64,000 bases of DNA from an uncultured Prevotellaceae bacterium. Its GTDB lineage: Bacteria > Bacteroidota > Bacteroidia > Bacteroidales > Bacteroidaceae. The stretch covers positions 5,603 to 69,602 of the forward strand of contig CADBHI010000024.1 of assembly GCA_902794405.1 (NCBI GenBank). Reading direction: 5' to 3'. Of the stretch, positions 47,840 through 57,628 are shown in pieces (the stretch's first letter is position 1; each line of letters begins with the position of its first letter). A program made the position numbers and the translations under genes. The notes beneath the pieces were generated by a model. That model searched no databases. It worked only from the letters and a program-made list of their open reading frames with translations, and had not been told where the DNA came from.

Positions 47840-48299
47840 AAGGGTGTCAGGGTGACAGAACGCCGATGTACAGGGCGTTTGCACCCTTTTTCGAGGGTGA
47901 CAAGGGTGACAGGAGGGTGACAGGAGTGTGCGCACACAGTTGGAAAAAGGGCTATATAATAACTGTTTGCCCTGCCCTAATTCAGACGACCAACCGTTGT
48001 CTCTGTGGAAAAACGCGCTAATGGGAATCAAATTCTCTCGAGAATTCAGCGCTAAATGCCGGGCTAAGCCATGCTTTGGTCGGAGTAAACTGCCAAATTC
48101 TCTCGAGAATTCAGCAGTATCCAGCCTTCAGGCACCTACAAAATGGATAATACAAGAAGAGTTTGAACGGCTTAAACATAACAACCATACGAGGGTTTGC
48201 AAACGATACAACATCCTGTCACCCTCCTGTCACCCTTGTCACCCTCGAAAAAGGGTGCAAACGCCCTGTACATCGGCGTTCTGTCACCCTGACACCCTT
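47840..48299. repeat. 86-bp perfect inverted repeats flanking a 288-bp spacer (MITE-like or paired dispersed repeat)
   Basis: 47840-47925 is the exact reverse complement of 48214-48299. A 22-bp direct repeat lies inside at 48029 and 48094. Confidence 0.85.
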
Positions 48300-48426
48300 A
48301 AATGAAAAATTCTTAGTATACTAATTAAAAAAAATAATATGTGAGATTATTTGGCCGTTCCGATTTTTCTGCTTACTTTTGCAGCAAACTTTTCGAATAG
48401 TCGAAAGCAAACATGTGAAATAACAA

Positions 48427-48523
48427 TACTGACCCCACCCCCGACCCCTCCCCTACAGGGGCGGGGAGAACCGCAGCGCAACTCCCCTCCCCTGTAGGGG
48501 AGGGGTCGGGGGTGGGGTCAGTA
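48427..48523. repeat. Inverted REP pair forming a 42-bp-arm hairpin in a 5' UTR
   Basis: Arms 48427-48468 and 48482-48523 have one mismatch and lie between the -7 box (48374-48381) and ATG 48542. Confidence 0.85.
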
Positions 48524-48541
48524 ACTTAGTTATATAGAAGA

Positions 48542-49330
48542 ATGAAACTGACTTTTCTTGGAACTGGAACATCGTGTGGAGTGCCGACCATCGGCTGCCA
48601 ATGTAGGGTTTGTCAAAGTACGAACCCTAAGGATAAGCGCCTGCGCTGTTCGGCACTTGTCGAGACGGATAACACACGGTTACTCATTGACTGTGGCCCC
48701 GACTTTCGTCAGCAAATCATGCCGCAGCCTTTCCGTCGCATTGACGGAATTCTCATTACCCATGCCCATTACGACCACATGGGAGGTATGGACGACATAC
48801 GACCCTATTGTCAGTTTGGGGAAATCAATGTCTATGCTGATCCTATTGCCCGTCAGGGCTTGCTCGAAATGCTGCCTTACTGCTTTGCCGCAAACCGTTA
48901 CCCTGGGGTGCCTGCCATCGGACTTCATGAGATTCATAAGCACGAACCTTTTACTATTGACGACTTTGACATCATGCCCATTGAGGTGATGCACGGTAAA
49001 CTGCCCATCCTTGGCTATCGGATTTCCCAGCACTCACTTCGCACCTCTCTCACCTACATTACGGACATGAAGACGATTAACGATGAGGAATTGCCCTATA
49101 TCAAAGGTTCTGAGGTGCTTGTGGTCAATGCCTTGCGCCAGAAGCCTCACCATTCGCATCAGTCGTTGGACGATGCCGTAGCTTTTGCCAAAAGGGTAGG
49201 GGCGAGGCAAACTTATCTCATACATCCCAGCCACGACATCGGACTACACGACGAAGTGAATGCCCAACTGCCGTCAGACATCCAACTTGCTTTCGATGGC
49301 CAAGTGGTGGAAGTGAAAGAAGATGTTTGA
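48542..49330 (+). CDS. MBL-fold metallo-hydrolase (PhnP/YcfH-like)
   Basis: LGTGTSCGVP, IDCGPD and THAHYDHMGG. Confidence 0.9.
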   Translation: MKLTFLGTGTSCGVPTIGCQCRVCQSTNPKDKRLRCSALVETDNTRLLIDCGPDFRQQIMPQPFRRIDGILITHAHYDHMGGMDDIRPYCQFGEINVYADPIARQGLLEMLPYCFAANRYPGVPAIGLHEIHKHEPFTIDDFDIMPIEVMHGKLPILGYRISQHSLRTSLTYITDMKTINDEELPYIKGSEVLVVNALRQKPHHSHQSLDDAVAFAKRVGARQTYLIHPSHDIGLHDEVNAQLPSDIQLAFDGQVVEVKEDV

Positions 49331-49341
49331 GAAGTGAATAA

Positions 49342-49638
49342 TTAGCGTTTTTTGCTTTTTCCGCTCTTTCCGCTCTTTCCGAATAGCCCCATCAGTCCTC
49401 CGTAGTTTTTCTTCAGTTTCCGATACAGCAGGAACAGGTCAATAATGGTTACACTATTGGCCACAAGACTGGCAATGTATTCGCCCTTGCTGCTATCCTC
49501 TTGCTTGACGAACAACTGGTTCCACTTGGCCGAAATCTGCTTGTTTTCGGCCTGCATCTGGTCGAGCAATTCGTCCTTGCGCTGGCGGATTTCCTCCAGC
49601 GTGCGGTATTTGGGATGGTGATTCTGCGCAGGAAGCAT
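49342..49638 (-). CDS. Hypothetical protein
   Basis: Third gene of the YtxH / holin-like operon. Confidence 0.65.
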   Translation of the reverse strand: MLPAQNHHPKYRTLEEIRQRKDELLDQMQAENKQISAKWNQLFVKQEDSSKGEYIASLVANSVTIIDLFLLYRKLKKNYGGLMGLFGKSGKSGKSKKR

Positions 49639-49641
49639 AGG

Positions 49642-49992
49642 CTACTTACTCATTAATAGGTTAGCTAAGAAACGAACGAGCGGACGCTCAATCCATTCGT
49701 GGTGGAAGATGAATACAAGAATGAGCAACACCAGATGAAACGCTCCAACCACCAAAAAGGCAGGAGCCATACCGATGTACAGTCCAATCCAGTAGGCAAA
49801 TGAGAACGAGAAGAACATCATGACGGCAATGATGAGGAGGAAGAAAACGATAGCCAAGGCGGCGGCCGTTAACAGGCGCACCACCTTGTCTATCACGTCC
49901 AGCTTCACGTATTCCGCCTGAAGCCCGAGATAGTGCTTGAGCAACTCTACCAGCTGCCCAATGTTCTCAACGTTTTTGTCGCTTGACAGCAT
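49642..49992 (-). CDS. Phage-holin-family-like two-TM membrane protein
   Basis: EYVKLDVIDKVVRLL followed by two TM helices. Confidence 0.7.
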   Translation of the reverse strand: MLSSDKNVENIGQLVELLKHYLGLQAEYVKLDVIDKVVRLLTAAALAIVFFLLIIAVMMFFSFSFAYWIGLYIGMAPAFLVVGAFHLVLLILVFIFHHEWIERPLVRFLANLLMSK

Positions 49993-50002
49993 CTCTTAAT
50001 CA

Positions 50003-50218
50003 TTAATCTTCAACCTCGGCTGCGTCCTGAATGTCATCCACCAGGTCGCCTACTTCCTTACGGCTGAGTTTGATGTTGTGCTTCTTCAAGAAGTCCTCAA
50101 TAGTGTCAGTAATTTTAACTCGGGTTTCCGAACCCTTTTCAGGAGCCATCAGAATACCTAACGCAGCGCCGGCGATTGCTCCGCCTAAGAAAGCGCCAAT
50201 ATAGCCTAAACTTTTCAT
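50003..50218 (-). CDS. YtxH domain protein
   Basis: GAIAGAALGILMAPEKGSETR. Confidence 0.88.
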   Translation of the reverse strand: MKSLGYIGAFLGGAIAGAALGILMAPEKGSETRVKITDTIEDFLKKHNIKLSRKEVGDLVDDIQDAAEVED

Positions 50219-50442
50219 GTTGCAATATTTTATGGGTTAAACATGTTTTGCGACGCAAATATACGGTTTTTTTCTGAAAAAGGCGTTAAAAGATGTATCA
50301 TTTTTTGTTAAAATGTGAGTATTTCGTTTATTTAACAAAGTTTATGTCCATTTTTTGCCAATATTTCCACAATAATTTGTATCTTCGCACTGACTTTTAG
50401 AATGAAAAGGTAAGATTAATTCAATAATTAAACTAAGAAGTT

Positions 50443-50952
50443 ATGAAAAAGTACATGGTTTTTTGCGCTGGTCTGAGCTTAGCTCTATTATTTGCCAGTT
50501 GCGGTAAAAGTAGTGAAAGTGCCTACAAAAAGGCTTATGAGAAAGCAAAGTCGCAGGAAGCTGCTCAGCATGTGACGGAGACCCCAGTCGAGGCTCCTGT
50601 GACTGTAGCTCCCGTTACCACTCGTCCTGCTACCCAGACCCGTGTTGTTGACAATGTTGACAACATCTCTGTTCGTCAGGAGAGAGTGACGCTTGTCAGC
50701 GGTGCTGGCCTGAAGAGCTTCAGCGTAGTTGTAGGTTCGTTTGGCCTGCTGGCAAATGCCGAGGGTCTGGTACAGCAGCTCCGCGATGGTGGTTACAATG
50801 CTCAGATTGTGAAGAACGAGTCAAACAGCATGTACCGTGTTGTAGCTACGACCTTCGACAACAAGGTGGATGCCGTGAACAGCCGCGACCAGATTCGTGG
50901 TTCGAAGTACAATCCTAAGGGCGACGCATGGCTGCTCTATAATATGCGTTAA
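50443..50952 (+). CDS. SPOR domain lipoprotein
   Basis: Lipobox FASC, FSVVVGSF..NA, YRVV and DAWLL. Confidence 0.85.
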   Translation: MKKYMVFCAGLSLALLFASCGKSSESAYKKAYEKAKSQEAAQHVTETPVEAPVTVAPVTTRPATQTRVVDNVDNISVRQERVTLVSGAGLKSFSVVVGSFGLLANAEGLVQQLRDGGYNAQIVKNESNSMYRVVATTFDNKVDAVNSRDQIRGSKYNPKGDAWLLYNMR

Positions 50953-50956
50953 GCCG

Positions 50957-51379
50957 TTGGCTCGTATCCTTTCGATTGACTACGGTCGTAAGCGTACAGG
51001 TTTAGCAGTCACCGATCCTCTGCAGATTATAGCTGGAGGATTGGCGACTGTTTCTACATCAGAGCTTTTCGACTGGTTGCAGTCCTATCTGCAGCGTGAG
51101 CAGGTGGAACGTATCGTCATCGGCGAGCCTCGGCAGACGAATGGACAGCCCAGCGAGAATCTGGCTCGTGTCCAGCAGTTTGTGGCACGCTGGCGGAAGG
51201 CTCATCCAGAGATTCCTGTCGATTATTATGATGAGCGCTTCACCTCGGTGTTAGCTCATCAGGCCATGCTCGACGGTGGTCTCCGCAAGAAGGCACGTCA
51301 GGATAAGGCGCTGGTCGACGAAATCTCGGCCACCATCATCCTTGAGGACTACCTCCGTTCAAAAAAATCGAAATTGTAA
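50957..51379 (+). CDS. ruvX: Holliday junction resolvase-like RuvX/YqgF
   Basis: ILSIDYGRKRTGLAVTD, DERFTS and VDEISATIIL; TTG start inferred. Confidence 0.92.
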   Translation: MARILSIDYGRKRTGLAVTDPLQIIAGGLATVSTSELFDWLQSYLQREQVERIVIGEPRQTNGQPSENLARVQQFVARWRKAHPEIPVDYYDERFTSVLAHQAMLDGGLRKKARQDKALVDEISATIILEDYLRSKKSKL

Positions 51380-51394
51380 ATTGTCAAATTGTAA

Positions 51395-51955
51395 ATGATT
51401 CTACCTATTTATATTTATGGTCATCCAGTGCTGCGCAAGGTGGCTGAGGACATTACCCCCGACTATCCTGGATTGGAGCAGCTGATTACTGATATGTGGG
51501 ACACGCTGGCCGAAAGCGAGGGCATAGGGTTGGCAGCTCCACAGATAGGAAAGTCTATCCGTCTGGTTGTCATTGACCTCGACGTGCTTAGCGAGGACAT
51601 GCCCGAGTATAAGGGCTTCCGAAATGTCTACATCAATGCCCATATCGTTGAGAAGGACGAGACCAAGACCGACTCAAGTGAGGAGGGCTGTCTTTCGTTG
51701 CCGGCCATCCACGAGAAGGTGGTTCGTCCCACACGTATTCGTGTACAGTGGCTCGACGAGCAGTTCCAACCACATGACGAATGGATTGAGGGTTATCTGG
51801 CACGTGTCATGCAGCATGAGTTCGACCATTTAGAGGGTCACATGTTTGTCGACCGTATCTCCCCCCTCCGTAAACAGCTCATCAAGAGTAAACTGAAGGC
51901 ACTGACCTTAGGTCGCTACCGTTGTGGGTATAAGACAAAGGCGGTGAGACATTGA
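51395..51955 (+). CDS. def: Peptide deformylase
   Basis: [15 protein letters not shown] and QHEFDHL. Confidence 0.97.
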   Translation: MILPIYIYGHPVLRKVAEDITPDYPGLEQLITDMWDTLAESEGIGLAAPQIGKSIRLVVIDLDVLSEDMPEYKGFRNVYINAHIVEKDETKTDSSEEGCLSLPAIHEKVVRPTRIRVQWLDEQFQPHDEWIEGYLARVMQHEFDHLEGHMFVDRISPLRKQLIKSKLKALTLGRYRCGYKTKAVRH

Positions 51956-51958
51956 GGA

Positions 51959-52046
51959 TTCTTTGCAAGCAAAGCGAGCAAAGCTCGAGCGGAACATTGC
52001 GCTCGGCGAGCATAGCGAGACGCTTGCTACCGAAGGGACGCAAGAA
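51959..52046. repeat. Composite palindromic intergenic repeat
   Basis: agcgagcaaagctcg and cttgctaccgaagggacgcaag hairpins; the latter also occurs at 2415. Confidence 0.65.
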
Positions 52047-52062
52047 CATTGAAGATTGATGC

Positions 52063-54132
52063 ATGAGTGTATGTATGAGACAATGGATGCTGAGGATTGC
52101 ATTGTTGCTGTTTGGGCTTCAATGTTCAATGTTCAATGTTCAATGTTCAATGTGTTATGCCCAGTTCAACACCGACCGTCTGATAATGGTAGGACGTTCG
52201 GCGCTTTATTTTGAGGATTATGTCCTCTCCATCCAATACTTTAATCAGGCCATTTCGGCCAAACCCTATCTCTTTGAGCCGTGGTTCCTCCGTGGCGTTG
52301 CCAAGTATTACCTCGACGACTTTGTCGGGGCTGAGGCTGACTGCACCAACGCGATAGAGCGGAACCCATACGTCACCAACTCTTATGAACTGCGCGGACT
52401 TTGCCGTATCCGCTTAGGACAGTTCATGCAGGCGGCAGACGACTATACAACCGCTCTGAAGTATGATCCTCAGAACCAGGGACTGTGGCATAATCGTGTG
52501 CTCTGCTATATCCGTTCCAAGGATAACGAGCGGGCTTTGGCACAGCTCGACACCATGCTTACACGCTGGCCCAAGTATGCCAGCGGCTATTCGATGCGGG
52601 CTGAGGTCTACTTGCAGATGGAAGACACGCTCAAGGCTACCGAGGCGTTGGACAAGAGCTTGGAAATTGACCCCTACGATGGTCAGACGTGGTCGGCACG
52701 ATCTATCATCAGCCTTTCCAAGAGTGAGTGGAAGGAGGCTGAAGAGTATCTCGACAAGGCCATCCACCTGTTGCCAAAGAATGGCGGCAACTACATCAAC
52801 CGTGCGCTGGCCCGCTATAACCAGAACAACCTGCGTGGTGCCATGTCCGACTACGACACGGCACTCGACTTGGAGCCTAACAACTTCATCGGCCATTACA
52901 ACCGTGGACTGTTGCGTGCTCAGGTTGGCGACGACAATCGTGGTATCGAGGACTTTGACTTCGTGCTCAATATAGAACCCGATAATATGCTGGCCCGTTT
53001 CAATCGCGGACTGCTTCGCGACAAGACTGGCGACCTGCGTGGTGCCATCAGCGACTATACTGTTGTCATTAACGAGTTTCCTAACTTCTGGACAGGTCTC
53101 CACTATCGTGCAGGCTGTTACCGTCGTATGGGAATGAACCGTCAGGCTGAACAAGACGAGTTCCGTATCCTGAAGGCCCAGATGGACAAACGCTATGGTG
53201 GCAAGCAGCCTCGGATGAAGAAGAACCAGATGCGTAAGCGCAGCGATGAAGACTTGGAGAAATACAACCAGCTGGTTGTGGCCGACGATCAGGAGGTAAA
53301 GAACGAATATAAGAATGAATACCGTGGACGCGTACAGAACCACCGTGTGGAAGTGGCCTATCTGCCTATGTATGAGCTGTCGATGGAAATGCTGAAGAGC
53401 GATGTCAGCTCCTATGTGGCTTTCGACGTGGCTGTCGAGGCGTTTAACCGTCAGTCAACGCGACCTCTCTATATCATTTGCGGTAGTCCGGACATCAACG
53501 AGGCGAAGGGACAGACATACTTCGAGTATATTGAAAAACAGGGTCAACTCATTGGCGACGTGCGCAGAATAGGCTCCATCCGTCAGGCCCTCATGCTCAG
53601 GGCGGTGGCTTATTCGTCGCTCCAGAACTTCGAGAGCGCCATCGATGACCTCACCACCTATCTCAGCATGGACAGCCTTTCCGTACTGGCATTATGGCAG
53701 CGGGCTGTCTGCCAGTCGAAACTCAACGACTTCCATGCTTCCCAAACGTCAGCTCCTGCTCAGGAAACCTCCGTTTCCTCTACGAATAACATAGACTTGA
53801 AAATGTCTGGAACAGGAACGTTGGCAGAGGCCTTGCAGACCAACAATGTGCTGACAGACCTTTCGAAAGCCATCAGCCTCTCTCCTCATAACGCGTACCT
53901 ATTATATAATAAGGGCAACGTCTACGTGTCTCGTAAGGACTATGCCGCCGCCATCGACGACTATAGTCGTGCCATTGCCCTCGACTCCCGACTGGCTGAA
54001 GCCTACTATAACCGTGGACTGGCCTATATCGATAGTGGTAAGACCGAAGAGGGCATACGCGATCTGAGTAAGGCGGGTGAGTTAGGTCTCTATACCGCCT
54101 ATAGTCTGATAAAACGTTTTGCAAAAGAATAA
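52063..54132 (+). CDS. Tetratricopeptide repeat protein
   Basis: Many YYNRG..A..DY..AI TPR units; signal peptide contains TTCAATG x5. Confidence 0.9.
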   Translation: MSVCMRQWMLRIALLLFGLQCSMFNVQCSMCYAQFNTDRLIMVGRSALYFEDYVLSIQYFNQAISAKPYLFEPWFLRGVAKYYLDDFVGAEADCTNAIERNPYVTNSYELRGLCRIRLGQFMQAADDYTTALKYDPQNQGLWHNRVLCYIRSKDNERALAQLDTMLTRWPKYASGYSMRAEVYLQMEDTLKATEALDKSLEIDPYDGQTWSARSIISLSKSEWKEAEEYLDKAIHLLPKNGGNYINRALARYNQNNLRGAMSDYDTALDLEPNNFIGHYNRGLLRAQVGDDNRGIEDFDFVLNIEPDNMLARFNRGLLRDKTGDLRGAISDYTVVINEFPNFWTGLHYRAGCYRRMGMNRQAEQDEFRILKAQMDKRYGGKQPRMKKNQMRKRSDEDLEKYNQLVVADDQEVKNEYKNEYRGRVQNHRVEVAYLPMYELSMEMLKSDVSSYVAFDVAVEAFNRQSTRPLYIICGSPDINEAKGQTYFEYIEKQGQLIGDVRRIGSIRQALMLRAVAYSSLQNFESAIDDLTTYLSMDSLSVLALWQRAVCQSKLNDFHASQTSAPAQETSVSSTNNIDLKMSGTGTLAEALQTNNVLTDLSKAISLSPHNAYLLYNKGNVYVSRKDYAAAIDDYSRAIALDSRLAEAYYNRGLAYIDSGKTEEGIRDLSKAGELGLYTAYSLIKRFAKE

Positions 54133-54158
54133 AGTATTAAGAAATAAAGGTTAAGAAT

Positions 54159-55361
54159 ATGGATAAAGAGAATTTGGTTTGGAATAAGATTCTGGCAACC
54201 GTACTGAAAATGCCAAGTGTGAAAGTCGACCGCATTGCCTTCCTGCGTAAGGAGCTGCGTCCCTACTGCAACCAGTCGCGCTTGCAGATGATTGGTAGCG
54301 TTCGTCCCTATACCGTTGTGTCTGAACAGGTTATCGACCGCCTTGCCCGTCAGTGTATCCGCTACCATACGGCATTAGCCACTACTGCTTCAACCGTAGT
54401 TGGCCTGCCAGGTGGACTCGCTATGGCAGCCACCATGCCTGCCGACCTGACGCAGTATTTCTATCATGTTTTCGTGCTTTCACAGAAACTCGCCTACCTC
54501 TACGGCTACCCCGACTTCTTCGCTGACATAGAATCTGCCCCCAGCGTGCCCGATGGTTCCCCCATCGAATCCACCCCCGACGAGGAAACCGCCAGCCACG
54601 AAGCCGCTGATTCCCCCGCCATTGACCTGCTCACCATCTTTATGGGTGTCATGATGGGTGCTCCCGTAGCCGAGAAAGGCATCGAAGAACTGTCGAAGGC
54701 CGTTGCCGGCAGTGCCGTTTCCCGCCTGCCGCGTGTGGCAATGACCCGTGCTGCCATCTATCCCATAGCCAGTCAGGTGGCCCGTATGGTTGGTTCTCGT
54801 CTTACTAAGGAAAGCTTCACCAAGGGTGTAGGCCGCTTCCTTCCTCTGGCCGGCGGTCTCTTCTCTGGTGGCCTGACGCTCTATACTTTCCGCAAGGGTG
54901 CCAACCGCCTGCGCCGTCAGCTCAGTGCCCAGCGTCACCTCTTCGACGATGGCGCTATCGACGACATTGCTCTGTCCAGCATCAAGACCTCATTCGTCAA
55001 GGCCAACAAGGCAGAGCACAACCCGCAGTTAGTGGAGATGGCCACCATCCAGGCCATGATCAACATTGCCAAGATCAACGACGAGGTGTCGCCTGAGAAA
55101 TACCAGACCATAGAGCAGCGTATCGCCGTCTCCAAGTTGGATGCTCAGGACAAGCTCGACCTCATTGCCAACATCGAGTCGGATAAGAGCTACGATGTAG
55201 ATTTCGATCTGATTGCCACCGACCGTCAGGCAGCTCAGGACACCTACGACAGTATGCTTGCGTTGGTCGGTTTGGATGAAAAGATGACGATGGCCGAGAA
55301 AATTTACCTAAGTATGGCCTCCCAGAAGCTTGGCGTCACGGCTCAAGAAAGTGATACTTGA
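54159..55361 (+). CDS. EcsC-like protein with helical (TerB-like) C-terminal domain
   Basis: GLPGGLAMAATMPADL..QKLAYLYG; C-terminal domain assignment is tentative. Confidence 0.6.
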   Translation: MDKENLVWNKILATVLKMPSVKVDRIAFLRKELRPYCNQSRLQMIGSVRPYTVVSEQVIDRLARQCIRYHTALATTASTVVGLPGGLAMAATMPADLTQYFYHVFVLSQKLAYLYGYPDFFADIESAPSVPDGSPIESTPDEETASHEAADSPAIDLLTIFMGVMMGAPVAEKGIEELSKAVAGSAVSRLPRVAMTRAAIYPIASQVARMVGSRLTKESFTKGVGRFLPLAGGLFSGGLTLYTFRKGANRLRRQLSAQRHLFDDGAIDDIALSSIKTSFVKANKAEHNPQLVEMATIQAMINIAKINDEVSPEKYQTIEQRIAVSKLDAQDKLDLIANIESDKSYDVDFDLIATDRQAAQDTYDSMLALVGLDEKMTMAEKIYLSMASQKLGVTAQESDT

Positions 55362-55403
55362 GTTTTCTATTTGTCTCAGATGTCCCAAATTATATCAATA
55401 TTG

Positions 55404-55465
55404 TACCGCAAGGCATTTTTTATTAAAATCCTTGCGGTATTATTAGTATTTTTTTATTACTTTTG
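55404..55465 (+). promoter_or_regulatory. Inverted repeat overlapping the -33 region of the fimbrial operon promoter
   Basis: taccgcaagg at 55404 and ccttgcggta at 55430; -7 box TActTTTG at 55458-55465. Confidence 0.5.
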
Positions 55466-55527
55466 CATCGCTTTTGTTTAAAAGACAAAAACCTAAATTA
55501 TATTGAAATCTGTTTATTAACACTGAC

Positions 55528-56118
55528 ATGAATAATAAAGTAATTCTAACAATAGTGGTCGCTATTGTGTTGATGTTCGGACGGTTAACCACCATCACTG
55601 CCCAACAAGTCGCGCTGAAGACGAATCTTCTGTACGATGCTACTACTACGCCTAATATAGGTATAGAGATGGGTTTGGGCAAGAAAAGCACTGCTCAGCT
55701 CTTCTATGGACTTAACCCTTGGAAGTTCGGAAGCGGTGAAGATCGCAAGTTCCTCAAGCATTGGATTGTCAACCCCGAATATCGCTACTGGTTCTGTCAG
55801 CGCTTCAATGGTTCCTTCATCGGCATCCATGCTTTTGGCGGTGAGTTCGATGCCTATAAGATCAAGATGCCTCTCGGCTGGTGGGAGGAGCTGCAGGACT
55901 ACCGTTTCGAGGGATGGTTTATCGGCGGTGGCCTGGCTTACGGCTATCAGTGGATTCTCTCTCGCCATTGGAACTTTGAGGCTGCCATCGGTTTTGGTGC
56001 AGCCTATATCGATTACGACAAGTTTGATTGCGGTGTCTGTGGTAAGAAGCTCGACGATGGTCATAAGATCTACGTCGGACCTACCAAGGCGGCGCTTTCC
56101 TTATTATATATGTTCTAA
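55528..56118 (+). CDS. DUF3575 outer-membrane beta-barrel protein
   Basis: ALKTNLLYDA, PEYRYW and GPTKAALSL. Confidence 0.88.
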   Translation: MNNKVILTIVVAIVLMFGRLTTITAQQVALKTNLLYDATTTPNIGIEMGLGKKSTAQLFYGLNPWKFGSGEDRKFLKHWIVNPEYRYWFCQRFNGSFIGIHAFGGEFDAYKIKMPLGWWEELQDYRFEGWFIGGGLAYGYQWILSRHWNFEAAIGFGAAYIDYDKFDCGVCGKKLDDGHKIYVGPTKAALSLLYMF

Positions 56119-56142
56119 CCCCACTATACACCTCAAGCAAAG

Positions 56143-57579
56143 ATGAAACACCGTATATATATTATAGCTGCACTGTTAGCCGTTGCTACGGTTGGCACAG
56201 CACAGTCATTCCGCAATTTCCAGGTGTCGGCAGCCGCAGAGAAGACCGTTGTGTCGCTCGACATCGTTCTCGACTCGCTCCGTGTACCCTCTAATCGCTT
56301 CCGCGCCTTTACACCTATTATAATAAGTAAGGACGGCACCCAGCAGCAGCGCCTCAAGTCACTGCTCGTCACGGGTCGTACTCAGGAGATAGTCTTCGAG
56401 CGCGAGGGCATCGATCCCCTCTATGCTGGCAACTGCGACAAGGTGCGCCGTTACAATGATACGCCGCAGACCTATAACTACACCGATATTGCCGAGCGCC
56501 AGCCTTGGCACAACGGTGCTGAGGTGGTGATGGAGTGCGACCTCTGTGGCTGTGGCGACGTCGACAAGTCTGAGCAGATTCCCTTGGGCCGTCTGTTGCC
56601 TCCCGATCCCTACGACCTTGTCAACCTGGTCGATGTAGTGCCTGCACCTTCTAAGAAGGACCGTAACCTCCACGGCTCTGCCTATATCACTTTCGTAGTC
56701 GACAAGTGGGAAGTCAAGCCAGATTATATGAACAACCGTCGCGAGTTGCGCAAGATTACCGATACTCTCGATGTGATGGTGGCCGACCCCAATGTCTCTG
56801 TCCGTCAGGTCAAGATCCACGGCTTTGCCTCGCCTGAGAGTCCCTACGAGCACAACCGCATGCTGGCCAACAACCGTGCCAAGTCGTTGACTACCTACGT
56901 CAGTAAGCTTTATAACCTGCCCGCCAGCGTTTTTGCTCCTGCTGAGGCTACCCCTGAGAACTGGATTGGCCTGCGTGCTGCCGTGGCCGATATGGACGAG
57001 CAGACGTTGCCCCACCGTCAGCAGATTCTCGCCACCATCGATAAAGTGTTGGCCGACCTCGACAACAATGTCACCACCAAGGCCGACCGCGATGAGCATG
57101 CCATTCGTGCCAACTATCCCGACGAGTATCGCTATCTGTTGAAGGAGGTCTATCCCGGCCTGCGCCGTTCCGACTACGATATCTCGTTCAACTTCAGCGA
57201 CTTCACGTTGGAGCAGGCTAAGGAAATCTACAAGACCAAGCCCTATCAACTCTCGTTGCGTGAGCTGTGGGACGTGGCTCAGACCATGGAGCCTTACTCT
57301 AACGAATATAATAAGGTGATGCAGACGGCCGTCAACGTCTATCCCGACGCACCCGAGGCGCTCGTCAACCTGGCTAACGTCGCCATACGGCAGAAAGACG
57401 TGATGAAGGCCGAGACGCTGCTCGAGCGGGCCGGCGATAGCGGCGAGGCCCAGAATGCCCGTGCCGTGATTGCCATCATCCAGAAGCGCTATGCCGATGC
57501 GGAGGCCCTGCTCCAGAAGGCGGCACAGAAGGGTGTCAACGTCAGCAAAAACCTCGAAGCCATCAAATTATTGAAATAA
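56143..57579 (+). CDS. DUF3868 / OmpA-like fimbrial-locus protein
   Basis: IHGFASPE..N..LA..RA, ENW.GL and YP.LRR, with a TPR-like tail. Confidence 0.82.
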   Translation: MKHRIYIIAALLAVATVGTAQSFRNFQVSAAAEKTVVSLDIVLDSLRVPSNRFRAFTPIIISKDGTQQQRLKSLLVTGRTQEIVFEREGIDPLYAGNCDKVRRYNDTPQTYNYTDIAERQPWHNGAEVVMECDLCGCGDVDKSEQIPLGRLLPPDPYDLVNLVDVVPAPSKKDRNLHGSAYITFVVDKWEVKPDYMNNRRELRKITDTLDVMVADPNVSVRQVKIHGFASPESPYEHNRMLANNRAKSLTTYVSKLYNLPASVFAPAEATPENWIGLRAAVADMDEQTLPHRQQILATIDKVLADLDNNVTTKADRDEHAIRANYPDEYRYLLKEVYPGLRRSDYDISFNFSDFTLEQAKEIYKTKPYQLSLRELWDVAQTMEPYSNEYNKVMQTAVNVYPDAPEALVNLANVAIRQKDVMKAETLLERAGDSGEAQNARAVIAIIQKRYADAEALLQKAAQKGVNVSKNLEAIKLLK

Positions 57580-57628
57580 TAATCATTTATAATCAACTTA
57601 ATATTTACTTTTTAAACAAACGATGTGT

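Noticed and set aside
47926-48213. Invertible promoter between the 86-bp inverted repeats
   Set aside because: No TAnnTTTG box on either strand of the spacer and no adjacent invertase; kept only as an unexplained element.
47485-48305. Short ORFs 47485-47718, 47743-48021, 47810-48031 and 47928-48305
   Set aside because: No recognisable family; most are translations of the repeat arms. A weak YFILDD resemblance to HAD proteins is insufficient.
49642-49992. Prophage lysis gene
   Set aside because: The holin-like family member sits in the common YtxH operon, with no phage genes nearby.
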